From contig JBAZKH010000004.1 in assembly GCA_041650935.1 (NCBI GenBank), positions 69,040-133,039 on the forward strand: 64,000 nt of DNA, given 5' to 3'. Position 1 is the first letter of the stretch. Each line of letters opens with the position of its first letter. The notes under the pieces were generated by a model. It saw only the letters and a list, made by a program, of their open reading frames with translations. It had not been told where the DNA came from and ran no database searches. Made by a program: the position numbers and the translations under genes. The stretch is from Candidatus Omnitrophota bacterium. GTDB lineage: Bacteria; Omnitrophota; Gorgyraeia; 2-01-FULL-45-10. Below are positions 8,996-18,826 of the stretch, piece after piece.

Positions 8996-10219
8996 ATGGC
9001 GCATTATAATTATATTGCGAAGGACAATTCCGGCAAGACGATAAAAGGGAAAGAATTCGCGATGTCCGAACGCGAGCTGGTAATGCGGCTTGCGCGCAAG
9101 AGCCTCACTATAATCTCCATAAAGCGCGTCGAAGAATCGGATATAATGGCGCGCTTGACCCATCGCAGGAAAAGCCTGAGCACCTTCGACCAGATGATCT
9201 TCTGTAAACAGCTTGCCACGCTCCTTAAAGGAGGCGTCCCCCTGGTTAAAGGCCTCGAGATAATTTCGGGTGAGACGGAAAATCCCACTATCCAGGTGGC
9301 TATTACGGAGGTGGGCCATTATATAAAGCAGGGTGATTCTTTTTCGTCGAGCCTTAAGAAGATGACGCACCTCTTTTCCCCTCTTTTCATCTCCGTAATC
9401 GAGGCAGGGGAGAAGGTCGGTGCGCTGGACACGATGTTGGAACGGCTGGCCAAATATCTCGCCGCCCAGGACAGGCTTGCGAAGAAGATAATCTCCGCAA
9501 TATCTTATCCTACGGCGGTCCTTATCTTCTTCATCTTCGCGATAGGCGTGATGACGCTATTCCTCGTCCCGAAATTTAAAAGCATGTACGCCTCGTTCCA
9601 CGCCCAATTACCGCCGTTTACTTTACTCATTTTCGGTATAAGTGATTTCATGATACGTTACATATTTTATATAGCCGGCGCCGTTATGCTGGCCGTTTTT
9701 TATATCAACAGGGTAGTTTTCAAGACACAGCGCGGCAAATATCTTTTCGATTCGTTTATTTTAAAGATACCGCTTTTCGGCCCTATCATGAAGAAGGCTT
9801 CCTTAAGCAAATTTACCAGGACTATGGCAACACTGCTCGAACAGGGTATCGCGGTGCCGGCGGCGCTGGACCTGGTGAAGAGGACCGCCGGGAACGCTGT
9901 CATAGAGGCGGCCAGCGTTAAAGTGTCTCAACTCATAGTGGACGGGGAGAAGATACCGGATGCTTTCAGGAAGGTGAATATATTTCCATCGCTCATCATC
10001 CAGATGGCGAGCATAGGGACGGAGTCGGGCAACCTGCCGGAACTCCTGGACAAGACCGCCGACTTTTATGAAGAAGAGGTCGATGTCTTTCTCGGTATCA
10101 TGTCGTCTCTTATAGAGCCCGTGCTGATAATAGTATTGGGGCTCATCCTGGCTATATTTATAGTGGCGTTATACCTGCCCATATTCAAGCTGAGCCAGGC
10201 TATGGGCCAGGGGATGTAG
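8996..10219 (+). CDS. pilC: Type IV pilus platform protein (GspF/PilC family)
   Basis: It is 407 aa with two GspF-type repeats and three TM segments. It lies directly after pilB. Confidence 0.85.
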   Translation: MAHYNYIAKDNSGKTIKGKEFAMSERELVMRLARKSLTIISIKRVEESDIMARLTHRRKSLSTFDQMIFCKQLATLLKGGVPLVKGLEIISGETENPTIQVAITEVGHYIKQGDSFSSSLKKMTHLFSPLFISVIEAGEKVGALDTMLERLAKYLAAQDRLAKKIISAISYPTAVLIFFIFAIGVMTLFLVPKFKSMYASFHAQLPPFTLLIFGISDFMIRYIFYIAGAVMLAVFYINRVVFKTQRGKYLFDSFILKIPLFGPIMKKASLSKFTRTMATLLEQGIAVPAALDLVKRTAGNAVIEAASVKVSQLIVDGEKIPDAFRKVNIFPSLIIQMASIGTESGNLPELLDKTADFYEEEVDVFLGIMSSLIEPVLIIVLGLILAIFIVALYLPIFKLSQAMGQGM

Positions 10220-10311
10220 AATTTTGTCAACATTTGTCAACCCAACATTTTATTTTTTTGCTTTCCCGTGTATATTGTGATATACTCATACATTGAAAAA
10301 AGGAGGGTCAG

Positions 10312-10686
10312 ATGCATCTTACCAAAAAGGGTTTTACGCTGATAGAACTAATAATAGTAGTCATAATAGTCGGTATACTTGCGGCAATAGCGGGACCTAT
10401 GATGAGCGGCAACGTGAAAAAAGCAAAGAGGACAGAAGCGATTGCGGCATGCGGCGCTATAAGAACCGCCGCCAGGTTATATATGGCCGAGAATAATAAC
10501 ACTGTGCCTACAAACTTGGCGGACGTAGTGCCTTCTTATTTGACTACTTCGGATTTGACCGGGCAATATTATGGGTCTAGTAATTATACTATATCAGGCG
10601 GATTAGTCAAAGCCGACGTTGGTACCGCCGGCGCCGGATGGGTGAATCTGAATATAGACACCAGCGGGATTTTGAAACAAGGATAA
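10312..10686 (+). CDS. Type IV pilin / pseudopilin, copy 1 (prepilin N-methylation signal KKG|FTLIELIIVV)
   Basis: It has a class III signal peptide with Gly at -1 and Glu at +5. There is a Ser/Thr/Tyr-rich C-terminal half. A strong RBS AAGGAGGG is upstream. Confidence 0.8.
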   Translation: MHLTKKGFTLIELIIVVIIVGILAAIAGPMMSGNVKKAKRTEAIAACGAIRTAARLYMAENNNTVPTNLADVVPSYLTTSDLTGQYYGSSNYTISGGLVKADVGTAGAGWVNLNIDTSGILKQG

Positions 10687-10711
10687 AGCCGGTCCATAGC
10701 TTTTTTAAAAT

Positions 10712-10744
10712 AGAGGCAAGATTTTTCTTGCCTCTATTTATTTT
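10712..10744 (+). terminator. Rho-independent terminator after pilin copy 1 (AGAGGCAAG-ATTTTTC-CTTGCCTCT followed by a T-run)
   Basis: It is a perfect 9-bp stem followed by TATTTATTTT. Confidence 0.7.
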
Positions 10745-10779
10745 ATGTACTATTATTATAGTAGAAAGCGAGGGGTATA

Positions 10780-11172
10780 ATGATGAGGATAGCGGCGATG
10801 TTTTGCACTAGGCGCGCTTTTACGCTGATAGAACTAATAATAGTAGTCATAATAGTCGGTATACTTGCGGCAATAGCGGGACCTATGATGAGCGGCAACG
10901 TGAAAAAAGCAAAGAGGACAGAAGCGATTGCGGCATGCGGCGCTATAAGAACCGCCGCCAGGTTATATATGGCCGAGAATAATAACACTGTGCCTACAAA
11001 CTTGGCGGACGTAGTGCCTTCTTATTTGACTACTTCGGATTTGACCGGGCAATATTATGGGTCTAGTAATTATACTATATCAGGCGGATTAGTCAAAGCC
11101 GACGTTGGTACCGCCGGCGCCGGATGGGTGAATCTGAATATAGACACCAGCGGGATTTTGAAACAAGGATAA
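10780..11172 (+). CDS. Type IV pilin, copy 2. The mature region is identical to copy 1, but the leader differs (…RRA|FTLIEL, Ala at -1)
   Basis: The segment 10817-11230 is identical to 10332-10745. The N-terminal 18 codons differ. Confidence 0.7.
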   Translation: MMRIAAMFCTRRAFTLIELIIVVIIVGILAAIAGPMMSGNVKKAKRTEAIAACGAIRTAARLYMAENNNTVPTNLADVVPSYLTTSDLTGQYYGSSNYTISGGLVKADVGTAGAGWVNLNIDTSGILKQG

Positions 11173-11196
11173 AGCCGGTCCATAGCTTTTTTAAAA

Positions 11197-11229
11197 TAGA
11201 GGCAAGATTTTTCTTGCCTCTATTTATTT
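11197..11229 (+). terminator. Rho-independent terminator after pilin copy 2 (duplicate of 10712-10744)
   Basis: It lies inside the duplicated block. Confidence 0.7.
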
Positions 11230-11253
11230 TAATATGGTATTGTTGCATTATAT

Positions 11254-12696
11254 ATGAAAAAAGTCTTACCTCTGGTCATCGTACTTACCTCAATTTGGGT
11301 CATAATGCTGATCCCTTTTCAAATATTAGGGCATGGTTTCATGCCTCCCGATGACGCTATGCGGCACTGCGCCAAGGTCATTTCCGGTAAGGATTGGGGC
11401 CAGATTCTCGTCCTTCGCGATGAGATAAAAATGGACAGTTACCCCGGTTGGCATGCTATCCTTGGATTTGTCCACAGGCTAACGGGCTGGGACCAGCATA
11501 GCCTGGTTTTGTTTTCCGTCACGTCTCTCGCCATCCTATTCTGTCTTATACCGGTATTCTTTTTGAAGTTCCCGGAGTCATGGCTTTTGTCGCTTTTTAC
11601 GATATCGATTTTGGAGCCGGGATGGATGATACGGATAGTCCTGGGCAGGCCTTTTATATTTACGATGGCGTCCCTTCTTATTATATTATTTATCTGGCCC
11701 AGGCTAAAAGATAAAGAAAGGCTTGGCATAAACATAGCGGTATTGGTTGGTATAACGGCTTTGTCGGTCTGGATCCACGCAAGCTGGTATTTTTTCATAC
11801 TTCTTGTCGCCGCATTTATACTTGCGCGCGAATATCGTGCCGCCGGGCTTATAGCTGTATCATCGCTTGCGGGAATATTTATAGGAGCATCGCTTACCGG
11901 TCACCCCGTTGTTTTTATCAAGCAGATGGTTACGCACTTCTTTCTTGTATCCGGCAGTTATGATGTAGAGCGCCAGCTTGTTGGGGAATTACGGCCGGCG
12001 ATAGGTAATTACGGCATAATTTTAACTGCGGCTGCTATGCTAGGTGCTCAGGCCTTGAGAGGCAAGCGGATTAGGGATAGCGTAGATAACCCCGTCTTTA
12101 TATTGGCCGCTTTAAGTTTTATTTTAGGGTTTCTTACCATACGGGTTTGGCTGGATTGGGGTATGGTTGCGTTTGCCGTATGGCTTGCGCTGGAATTTGA
12201 CAAATTTTTAAAGGATAAGCTGGATCCCTTTTCCTGGCAGCGGCTCAGGCTGGCTGTCATAGCTGCCATAATCCTGTTTTTATCCGTTACTGTCGATGTC
12301 GGAAGCCGCTGGAGCCTGACAAGGCCAATGGATTATGTTTCGAAAGAAGACCTTACGCAGGCAGAGTTCTTGCCGGGTTCTGGCGGAATTGTTTATAGCG
12401 ACAGCATGCTAATATTTTATCAGCTCTTCTATCGTAACCCGAAAGCCGATTGGCGTTATATGCTCGGTTTCGAATCGGCGTTTATGCTGCCCGGCGACCT
12501 TAAAATATTGAGGGAGATCCAGAAAAATTTCAGCAGGTCCAGAGATTTCGAACCCTGGGTCAAAAAGATGAGGCCGGAAGACAGGCTTATAGTTCGGGGT
12601 TCACCGGATAGTCAGCCCAAGATAGAAGGGCTCGAGTGGCATTATCTGGCCCTCAATATGTGGAGCGGCAGAAAGCCGAGAGATGCAAAGAGATAG
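11254..12696 (+). CDS. Polytopic integral membrane protein, possibly GT-C-like glycosyltransferase or polymerase; function unknown
   Basis: It is 480 aa with at least 10 predicted TM helices. The first loop contains PPDDAMRH. Confidence 0.4.
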   Translation: MKKVLPLVIVLTSIWVIMLIPFQILGHGFMPPDDAMRHCAKVISGKDWGQILVLRDEIKMDSYPGWHAILGFVHRLTGWDQHSLVLFSVTSLAILFCLIPVFFLKFPESWLLSLFTISILEPGWMIRIVLGRPFIFTMASLLIILFIWPRLKDKERLGINIAVLVGITALSVWIHASWYFFILLVAAFILAREYRAAGLIAVSSLAGIFIGASLTGHPVVFIKQMVTHFFLVSGSYDVERQLVGELRPAIGNYGIILTAAAMLGAQALRGKRIRDSVDNPVFILAALSFILGFLTIRVWLDWGMVAFAVWLALEFDKFLKDKLDPFSWQRLRLAVIAAIILFLSVTVDVGSRWSLTRPMDYVSKEDLTQAEFLPGSGGIVYSDSMLIFYQLFYRNPKADWRYMLGFESAFMLPGDLKILREIQKNFSRSRDFEPWVKKMRPEDRLIVRGSPDSQPKIEGLEWHYLALNMWSGRKPRDAKR

Positions 12697-14347
12697 TATA
12701 AAAGTAATACTGTCGGCGATCCTCTGTTTAATAGTCATTGCTTTTATCTTCAGTCTTTTCAAGAATATCCAGTATCCGCTTCTCTGGAACGATGAATCCG
12801 AAACAGCCATGTATGCAAAGCGGATCATGCAATACGGTTATCCGAAGATCCACGACGGCAAAAATATAGTGTGGTTGAGCGAGCTTCCCGATAAAGGGAT
12901 GGGCCTTGATAAGAGACGGGACTCGCCAGACGCGCTCGTGTGGGGGCAATACTACTTTGCCGCCATCGGAGAATTTTTTGCGGCCAAGACGGAAGATGTA
13001 TATCTTAAGACAGCTTTTTTAAGAATTCCATTCGCCGCTGCCGGTCTCGCCGGGCTATTCATTATGGCGATGTCGGTAATAAGACTATTCGGGAAGAGCG
13101 CAGTTGAAAAGCTGATCTTCCTGAACGCCTTCTTTCTATTCGCGCTCGCATCAGTTGCGCTCACTCTGCACTTAAGAGAGGTGCGCCATCCTGCGCTGGT
13201 GGTATTGTTATCGGCGGCGGCTTTTTCCATATACTTCGATTATCGTTTCTTCGATAAGATAAAGTCAGCAATATACTTCATCGGCCTCACCCTATGCCTA
13301 TTCCTTTTATATCATGTACTGCATGTCGTATTTTTTGTCTTCCTCGGTTCTATAGCTCTGTATGAATTTATAGCAATGCTTAGAGAAAGAAATATCAGAC
13401 GTTTTCTGGGTAATATTGCGCCCGTAATTACAGCCTTTGTCCTGGTTATGCCGTTCTTCATGTTATGCCAGACGTCGGCATTCGGAAAAGCATACAGGCT
13501 TTTATACGCCGCTTATATACCATCGTGGGCTGCGCAGGTTTCCGGCATCCTCAGCTTTTTCCGGCAGTATGAACTTCTATACGTCGTTCTTGCGGCCAGG
13601 GCGCTATTTATTTGCAGTTGGTTCTATTTTTCGCAACGCGGCCGGAGCTTCGAAAAACCCGTAAGGCAAAAGATGCAGGTTTCGAACTTCCTCACCCTTT
13701 TCTTTATAGTATATCTATCCATGATAGCCGTTTTCCCGCATGCCATAATCTTCGAGCGTTACTATATACTATTGATACCGGTGGCGGCTATCATATTATT
13801 GCTGGATATATTCGGCACTTTTGACTTATTCTCCGGCCTGGAGGCCGGAACGAGGCGTTATGTCAAATGGTTGTATGCCGCCTCTATTCTTGCTATATTA
13901 GTGGTGAATTCTCCGGACAGGATCGATCATATAAAGGGGCATGCCCATGAGCTCCTGCACCGCTACCGGGGGCCGCTCGATTTTGCGATACCGTTCATAA
14001 AGTCCAATTATAAGAATACGGCGGATCTGGTGATAGCGACAAACTACGAAGAGCTTGCCTATATGTATTATCTGGGGAGCAAAGTTATAGTTGGGTTCGT
14101 AGGGAATAATATAGAGGAAGACGCAAAGATGCGGCCGGATATCATAATATTCCGCAAGAGCCGGAGCCCGGCGTACCTGCCGGTATTTAAAAAGTTCATT
14201 GCCGGGGGCAGGTATGAGAGAGTGTCTTTCCCGGTCTTCGACTATTTCGTGAACAATATACCGGAACTTAAATCGCACCTTTACCTGACGCCCGATTGCG
14301 GAGAGCCCGATAAGTCTTTAGATCTTTTTATAAAAACCGATGCATGA
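12683..14347 (+). CDS. GT-C fold glycosyltransferase, ArnT/PMT-like (GT83/GT39 style)
   Basis: It is 554 aa and polytopic. The first periplasmic loop contains LWNDESETAMYAKRI, which resembles the ArnT/PMT DE-x-x-Y-A motif. Confidence 0.5.
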   Translation: MQRDSIKVILSAILCLIVIAFIFSLFKNIQYPLLWNDESETAMYAKRIMQYGYPKIHDGKNIVWLSELPDKGMGLDKRRDSPDALVWGQYYFAAIGEFFAAKTEDVYLKTAFLRIPFAAAGLAGLFIMAMSVIRLFGKSAVEKLIFLNAFFLFALASVALTLHLREVRHPALVVLLSAAAFSIYFDYRFFDKIKSAIYFIGLTLCLFLLYHVLHVVFFVFLGSIALYEFIAMLRERNIRRFLGNIAPVITAFVLVMPFFMLCQTSAFGKAYRLLYAAYIPSWAAQVSGILSFFRQYELLYVVLAARALFICSWFYFSQRGRSFEKPVRQKMQVSNFLTLFFIVYLSMIAVFPHAIIFERYYILLIPVAAIILLLDIFGTFDLFSGLEAGTRRYVKWLYAASILAILVVNSPDRIDHIKGHAHELLHRYRGPLDFAIPFIKSNYKNTADLVIATNYEELAYMYYLGSKVIVGFVGNNIEEDAKMRPDIIIFRKSRSPAYLPVFKKFIAGGRYERVSFPVFDYFVNNIPELKSHLYLTPDCGEPDKSLDLFIKTDA

Positions 14348-15296
14348 TAAAAGAAAATATTTAATAACCGGTGCTACCGGGTTTATAGGGTCCTGCCTGG
14401 CGCGCAGACTGGCCGCAGGCGGGACAGAGGTCCACATCATTACAAGAAGGCACGCAAGATTGTGGCGTATAAAGGATATCCTGCCTAAACTTGTCAACCA
14501 CATATCCGACCTGTCGGAGGAGAAGAGCCTGACGGCGATACTTAAGAAGACAAGGCCGGATATAATATATCACCTCGCGACTCACGGAGCTTATAGTCAT
14601 CAGAACGAGGCCGATAAAATAATACAGGCCAACATACTGGGAACGTGGAATTTGCTCAAGGCCGCATCTGCCGTCGAATACGAACTTTTCGTAAATACGG
14701 GAAGCTCTTCCGAATATGGGTTTAAGAAGTTTCCCATGAAAGAGACCGACCCTCTGGAGCCCGCAAGCTGCTACGCCGTCACTAAAAGCTCGCAGTCGCT
14801 ACTATGCGCTTATATGGCAAGGGAAGAGGGCAGGCCGATAGTGACTTTAAGGCCGTTTTCCGTATATGGACCTTATGAGGAGCCGAGCAGGTTTGTCCCG
14901 ACTCTTATGAGATCGCTATATTTTAAAGAGAAGATGAATCTCGTCTCTCCAAAGATCTCCCGGGATCATATATATGTGGACGACATGGTAGATGCCTATC
15001 TGGCGATAGCCAGGCTGAAAAAATACCACGGCGAGATATTCAATATCGGCACCGGGCGGCAATCTTCGATCAAAGATGTGGTCGAAGCGGCTGTGAAGGT
15101 GACGGGGAGGACCACAGATTTTGTATGGGGTGGTATGGAGCGCAGGGTCTGGGACACGAATAATTGGGTAGCCGATATCTCTAAAGCGAAAAAATTATTG
15201 AATTGGCGTCCCAAAGTAAATCTCGAAAAAGGCCTTGCTTTAACCTGGGAATGGTTTAAAACCAATCATGCTTATTATAAAGGAACCGCGGGGTAA
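14340..15296 (+). CDS. NAD-dependent sugar epimerase/dehydratase (extended SDR)
   Basis: It has the Rossmann motif TGATGFIGS and the catalytic YAVTK (YxxxK). Confidence 0.8.
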   Translation: MHDKRKYLITGATGFIGSCLARRLAAGGTEVHIITRRHARLWRIKDILPKLVNHISDLSEEKSLTAILKKTRPDIIYHLATHGAYSHQNEADKIIQANILGTWNLLKAASAVEYELFVNTGSSSEYGFKKFPMKETDPLEPASCYAVTKSSQSLLCAYMAREEGRPIVTLRPFSVYGPYEEPSRFVPTLMRSLYFKEKMNLVSPKISRDHIYVDDMVDAYLAIARLKKYHGEIFNIGTGRQSSIKDVVEAAVKVTGRTTDFVWGGMERRVWDTNNWVADISKAKKLLNWRPKVNLEKGLALTWEWFKTNHAYYKGTAG

Positions 15297-15301
15297 AATA
15301 C

Positions 15302-17173
15302 GTGAACTCCTCGAAGACGCCGTCGCTTCTCTCTTCCTTTCTCCTGGCAAGTTCGGCCACGTACTGTCTCTATATATTATTTTTCCAATATGCGGCGGTG
15401 ATCTGGTCGTTCAATATCGAAGTGCCGATCGGCGACTATACGCCATGGGTAAGATGGGCCGCGGTAGAAAAAAACGGTATCCAGATATATGTTCTTTACC
15501 TTTTTATGTTTTTAAATATAGGTCTTACCGTTTTAATGAATAACTTTTTTTCCAGGATCGATGGAAAGCTTGTTGCCAGGCTGCTTATTTTGGTATTTGC
15601 CGCAGTGTCGGTCTTTTTTTACAAATCTATCGGCTTCCATCTTCCAATGGCCGAGGCGACATCCGGATATACCTGCGTTTATTTCACAATAGCCATATTA
15701 CTGCTCCTGCTCCTTTTTTCCGCGTTGGCCGTAAAATACCCAAAGACTATAAATTGCCTGATAGCAGGGTTGCTTATCCCGGTATGCCTTATATCTACTC
15801 AGGAGATACGTTTCTATGATGCAGCCTACATATTTTCACCGGCCCTAAGGATACTGCATGGATTCAAACCGTTTGAGACATATTTCCAGTATGACTATCT
15901 CCTTTCATTGCTTGCGGCTGCCTGGATGAAGATGCATCTGGCTATTAATCTCTTCAAAGTCCCGCTGCAACTTTCGTATTATGGTTTGCTGTTGGGCATC
16001 TACCTATTTGCGCAAAAGTTCTTTTCCGATAAGCGTTATGCGCTTTATCTGTTGGTAAGTTTGGTAATCGTTAAGATATACGGGAATATCTATGATCCCA
16101 TAGCCATGGTGCAAGTTACGCCTTTGCGTCTAGATTTGTGGTTTATTGTACTGGTACTGGCATATTTTAAAGGCGCAAGCCACTGGCTTGTGGGGTTATC
16201 TCTCGGTTTTTTAGTAATAGTCCATCATAATTTTGGCATGATATATACAGCCTCCTACCTCTCCCTTATGGTGATACTATTTATTTTCGATGCGGCGGAA
16301 GAAAAAATCGGCGTAAAAAAGTTGATCCGAAAATATGCGCTGTCATATGCGCTCAATATTTCCATTCTGCTGGCATCGCTTTTTTGCTATGGTATTTTCT
16401 TTGGGCCGAAAGCCGGCAGCAGCTCGTTTAATTTTCAGAAGATAGGGCTTGGCTTCTTGCCCATAATGCGTAATTCTTTTTACTGGTACATAGCGGTTAT
16501 ACTTGGCCTGACTTTTCTGATGATAGCCAATAGCAGAAAGCATATTTCGCGGCGCGCCTTCGAGACAGGTATATTCCTTATTATGCTGGCCATCGGGAAT
16601 TCCCTATATTTTTTCGGTAGAAGCCATGAAAACAATATTATTAATATTGCCGCCGTATGGTTATTTTGTCTTTTTTTGATGTTTTGTTTGATGGATTTAC
16701 CGATATGGTCGAAAAGAACTTCTGTAGTAAAAAGAGCGATTGTTCCCGCAGCCGCATTGCTGGTTGTTCTTATCTTTGCGTATTGTTATTCGGGAAGGGC
16801 GATAGATAGGATTGCGCTTCAATATGCCAATCTCCGGAATGGGCATTTCGTTGATAAGGACGGCGATATAGATGTGGGTTGCTTAAAAAGATTGACCATG
16901 TCCGACAAGAGGGTGATATTCCTGACGGAAGCGGATTTTTATTATTATTACCGGGGCGGTTACATTCCGCAGGATTATTACGCTGCGATATATGCGCGGG
17001 TATTCAAAAAGAACACGGTTGATTATTTAAATTCAAGGCTGGCCGAAGGATATTACCTGGTTATCCCTAAAATGGGAAGTTACTTTTTTAAGGAATTGAG
17101 CGACATGCTTGAGTTCAAGAATAGGAAAGACGGCCCCGATTTTACCGTAATTTCTAATAATCCGATAGGATGA
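15302..17173 (+). CDS. Large polytopic membrane protein with a soluble C-terminal domain; function unknown (third GT-C-like candidate). The start codon is uncertain (GTG)
   Basis: It is 623 aa with many TM helices and a Tyr-rich C-terminal domain. Confidence 0.4.
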   Translation: MNSSKTPSLLSSFLLASSATYCLYILFFQYAAVIWSFNIEVPIGDYTPWVRWAAVEKNGIQIYVLYLFMFLNIGLTVLMNNFFSRIDGKLVARLLILVFAAVSVFFYKSIGFHLPMAEATSGYTCVYFTIAILLLLLLFSALAVKYPKTINCLIAGLLIPVCLISTQEIRFYDAAYIFSPALRILHGFKPFETYFQYDYLLSLLAAAWMKMHLAINLFKVPLQLSYYGLLLGIYLFAQKFFSDKRYALYLLVSLVIVKIYGNIYDPIAMVQVTPLRLDLWFIVLVLAYFKGASHWLVGLSLGFLVIVHHNFGMIYTASYLSLMVILFIFDAAEEKIGVKKLIRKYALSYALNISILLASLFCYGIFFGPKAGSSSFNFQKIGLGFLPIMRNSFYWYIAVILGLTFLMIANSRKHISRRAFETGIFLIMLAIGNSLYFFGRSHENNIINIAAVWLFCLFLMFCLMDLPIWSKRTSVVKRAIVPAAALLVVLIFAYCYSGRAIDRIALQYANLRNGHFVDKDGDIDVGCLKRLTMSDKRVIFLTEADFYYYYRGGYIPQDYYAAIYARVFKKNTVDYLNSRLAEGYYLVIPKMGSYFFKELSDMLEFKNRKDGPDFTVISNNPIG

Positions 17174-17181
17174 TGCCCAGC

Positions 17182-18096
17182 ATGAAACTTATCGACAATA
17201 GGTGCCCTATTTGCGGTTCTTGCGAAGACTATACGGTTATCTATAAAAGGAATTTCGAGATTGCCGATTTGAATAAGGATATATTTTCCGCCAGAAGGAT
17301 CCCCGACCGGGTACATTATCAAATCGTAAGGTGCAATAAGGATAAGCTGGTGAGATCGACTCCCGTCCTGGATGGACAGTTCGTTTACAGCCTATACCGC
17401 GAAAGTAAATTTACCTACGCGGAGGAGACGGGAAACCTGGCCGCGACCTACATAGGTATCCTTAGGCCGATTTTGGATAAATTGCCAAAAGACGCTAAAG
17501 TGCTGGAAATAGGATGCGGTAACGGTTTCGTATTGGCCGCGTTGTGCGCCATGGGATTTAATGATGTTTCCGGCATAGAACCAAGCGTCGACGCGGCCGC
17601 GAAGGCCGATGAGAAGATACGAAAGAATATTTTAACGGATATCCTCAAGCCGGATACTTTTAAAGCAAATACATTCGACCTGATATTTTTCTTTCAAACT
17701 TTCGACCATCTTCAGGATCCCAATGCATTCCTTAAAATATGCTATAATATTACGGTGCCGGGCGGATCGATAGTGACTGTTAACCACGATATCGATAGCC
17801 TGCAGGCTAAAATACTGAAAGAGAAGAGCCCTATAATTGACATAGCGCATCCCTTTTTTTACGGCGCGGATACTATCGGGGAGATATTCAAAAAAAATAG
17901 TTTTAATCCGGTCAGGGTATATTCTCCGTTGAGCACCGTTTCGATAAGACACCTGGTCCTGCTGGCGCCGATCCCGAAATTACTGAAAAAGAGACTGCTT
18001 GATTCAAAACCCGCGTTCTTACGGGCATTGCTCAATAAAAGTATGAGGACCCGGCTTGGCAATATATGCTTGATAGCGACGAAAAAGACCGCATGA
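17182..18096 (+). CDS. Class I SAM-dependent methyltransferase with an N-terminal Cys-rich motif (CPICGSC)
   Basis: It has the motif-I sequence VLEIGCGNGF. The ORF opens at 17170. Confidence 0.7.
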   Translation: MKLIDNRCPICGSCEDYTVIYKRNFEIADLNKDIFSARRIPDRVHYQIVRCNKDKLVRSTPVLDGQFVYSLYRESKFTYAEETGNLAATYIGILRPILDKLPKDAKVLEIGCGNGFVLAALCAMGFNDVSGIEPSVDAAAKADEKIRKNILTDILKPDTFKANTFDLIFFFQTFDHLQDPNAFLKICYNITVPGGSIVTVNHDIDSLQAKILKEKSPIIDIAHPFFYGADTIGEIFKKNSFNPVRVYSPLSTVSIRHLVLLAPIPKLLKKRLLDSKPAFLRALLNKSMRTRLGNICLIATKKTA

Positions 18097-18112
18097 AACA
18101 AGGACCGGCTAA

Positions 18113-18826
18113 ATGAAGCTTACCGCTGAACAAAAGAGTATTCGCCGCAGAATAATCGAAATAAGTTACGAAAAGCGCCTCTCTCACCTTGGGTCATGCC
18201 TGAGCGTTATAGACATAATCTCCGCGGTCTACCGGGTTAAGCGCGCGGACGAACGGTTTATCCTGTCGAATGGCCACGCAGGCATCGCCCTATATGCTAT
18301 TTTGGAAAAACACGGTTTTCTGCATCCTGCCGATATGAAAAAGCTCTCCGTGCATCCGGACAGGAACCCGGATATCGGTATCGATGTGTCGGCGGGAAGC
18401 CTGGGGCAAGGTCTGCCGATAGCCATCGGGATGGCATTGGCCGAAAGGCGGAAGAATGTTTATTGTGTAATCTCGGACGGTGAATGTTCCGAGGGGAGCA
18501 TATGGGAATCCCTGAGAATTGGATTGGAGAAGAAGATCGGTAATCTCAAGGTTATTATTAACGCGAATGGATGGGGCGCATATGACGCTATCTCCGCCTC
18601 TTTACTGATAAACAGGATCAGGGGTTTTGGTTACAAGGCCAAGTCTGCGGACGGGCATGATGTCAAAGGTTTGGAGCGATTATTAAAAACTAAGTCTGCC
18701 GACAGCCCTTTAGTCGTTTTTGCCGAGACAACGGTCGAGCAATTACCATTTTTAAAAGGGCAGGATGCTCATTATCATGTAATGACTGCGGCGGATTTCG
18801 AACTGGCTAAGGAAGTATTTGAATGA
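18113..18826 (+). CDS. Transketolase, N-terminal (ThDP-binding) subunit
   Basis: It contains LSHLGSCLS...ILSNGHAG and a GDG-type ThDP motif SDGECSEGS. Confidence 0.75.
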   Translation: MKLTAEQKSIRRRIIEISYEKRLSHLGSCLSVIDIISAVYRVKRADERFILSNGHAGIALYAILEKHGFLHPADMKKLSVHPDRNPDIGIDVSAGSLGQGLPIAIGMALAERRKNVYCVISDGECSEGSIWESLRIGLEKKIGNLKVIINANGWGAYDAISASLLINRIRGFGYKAKSADGHDVKGLERLLKTKSADSPLVVFAETTVEQLPFLKGQDAHYHVMTAADFELAKEVFE

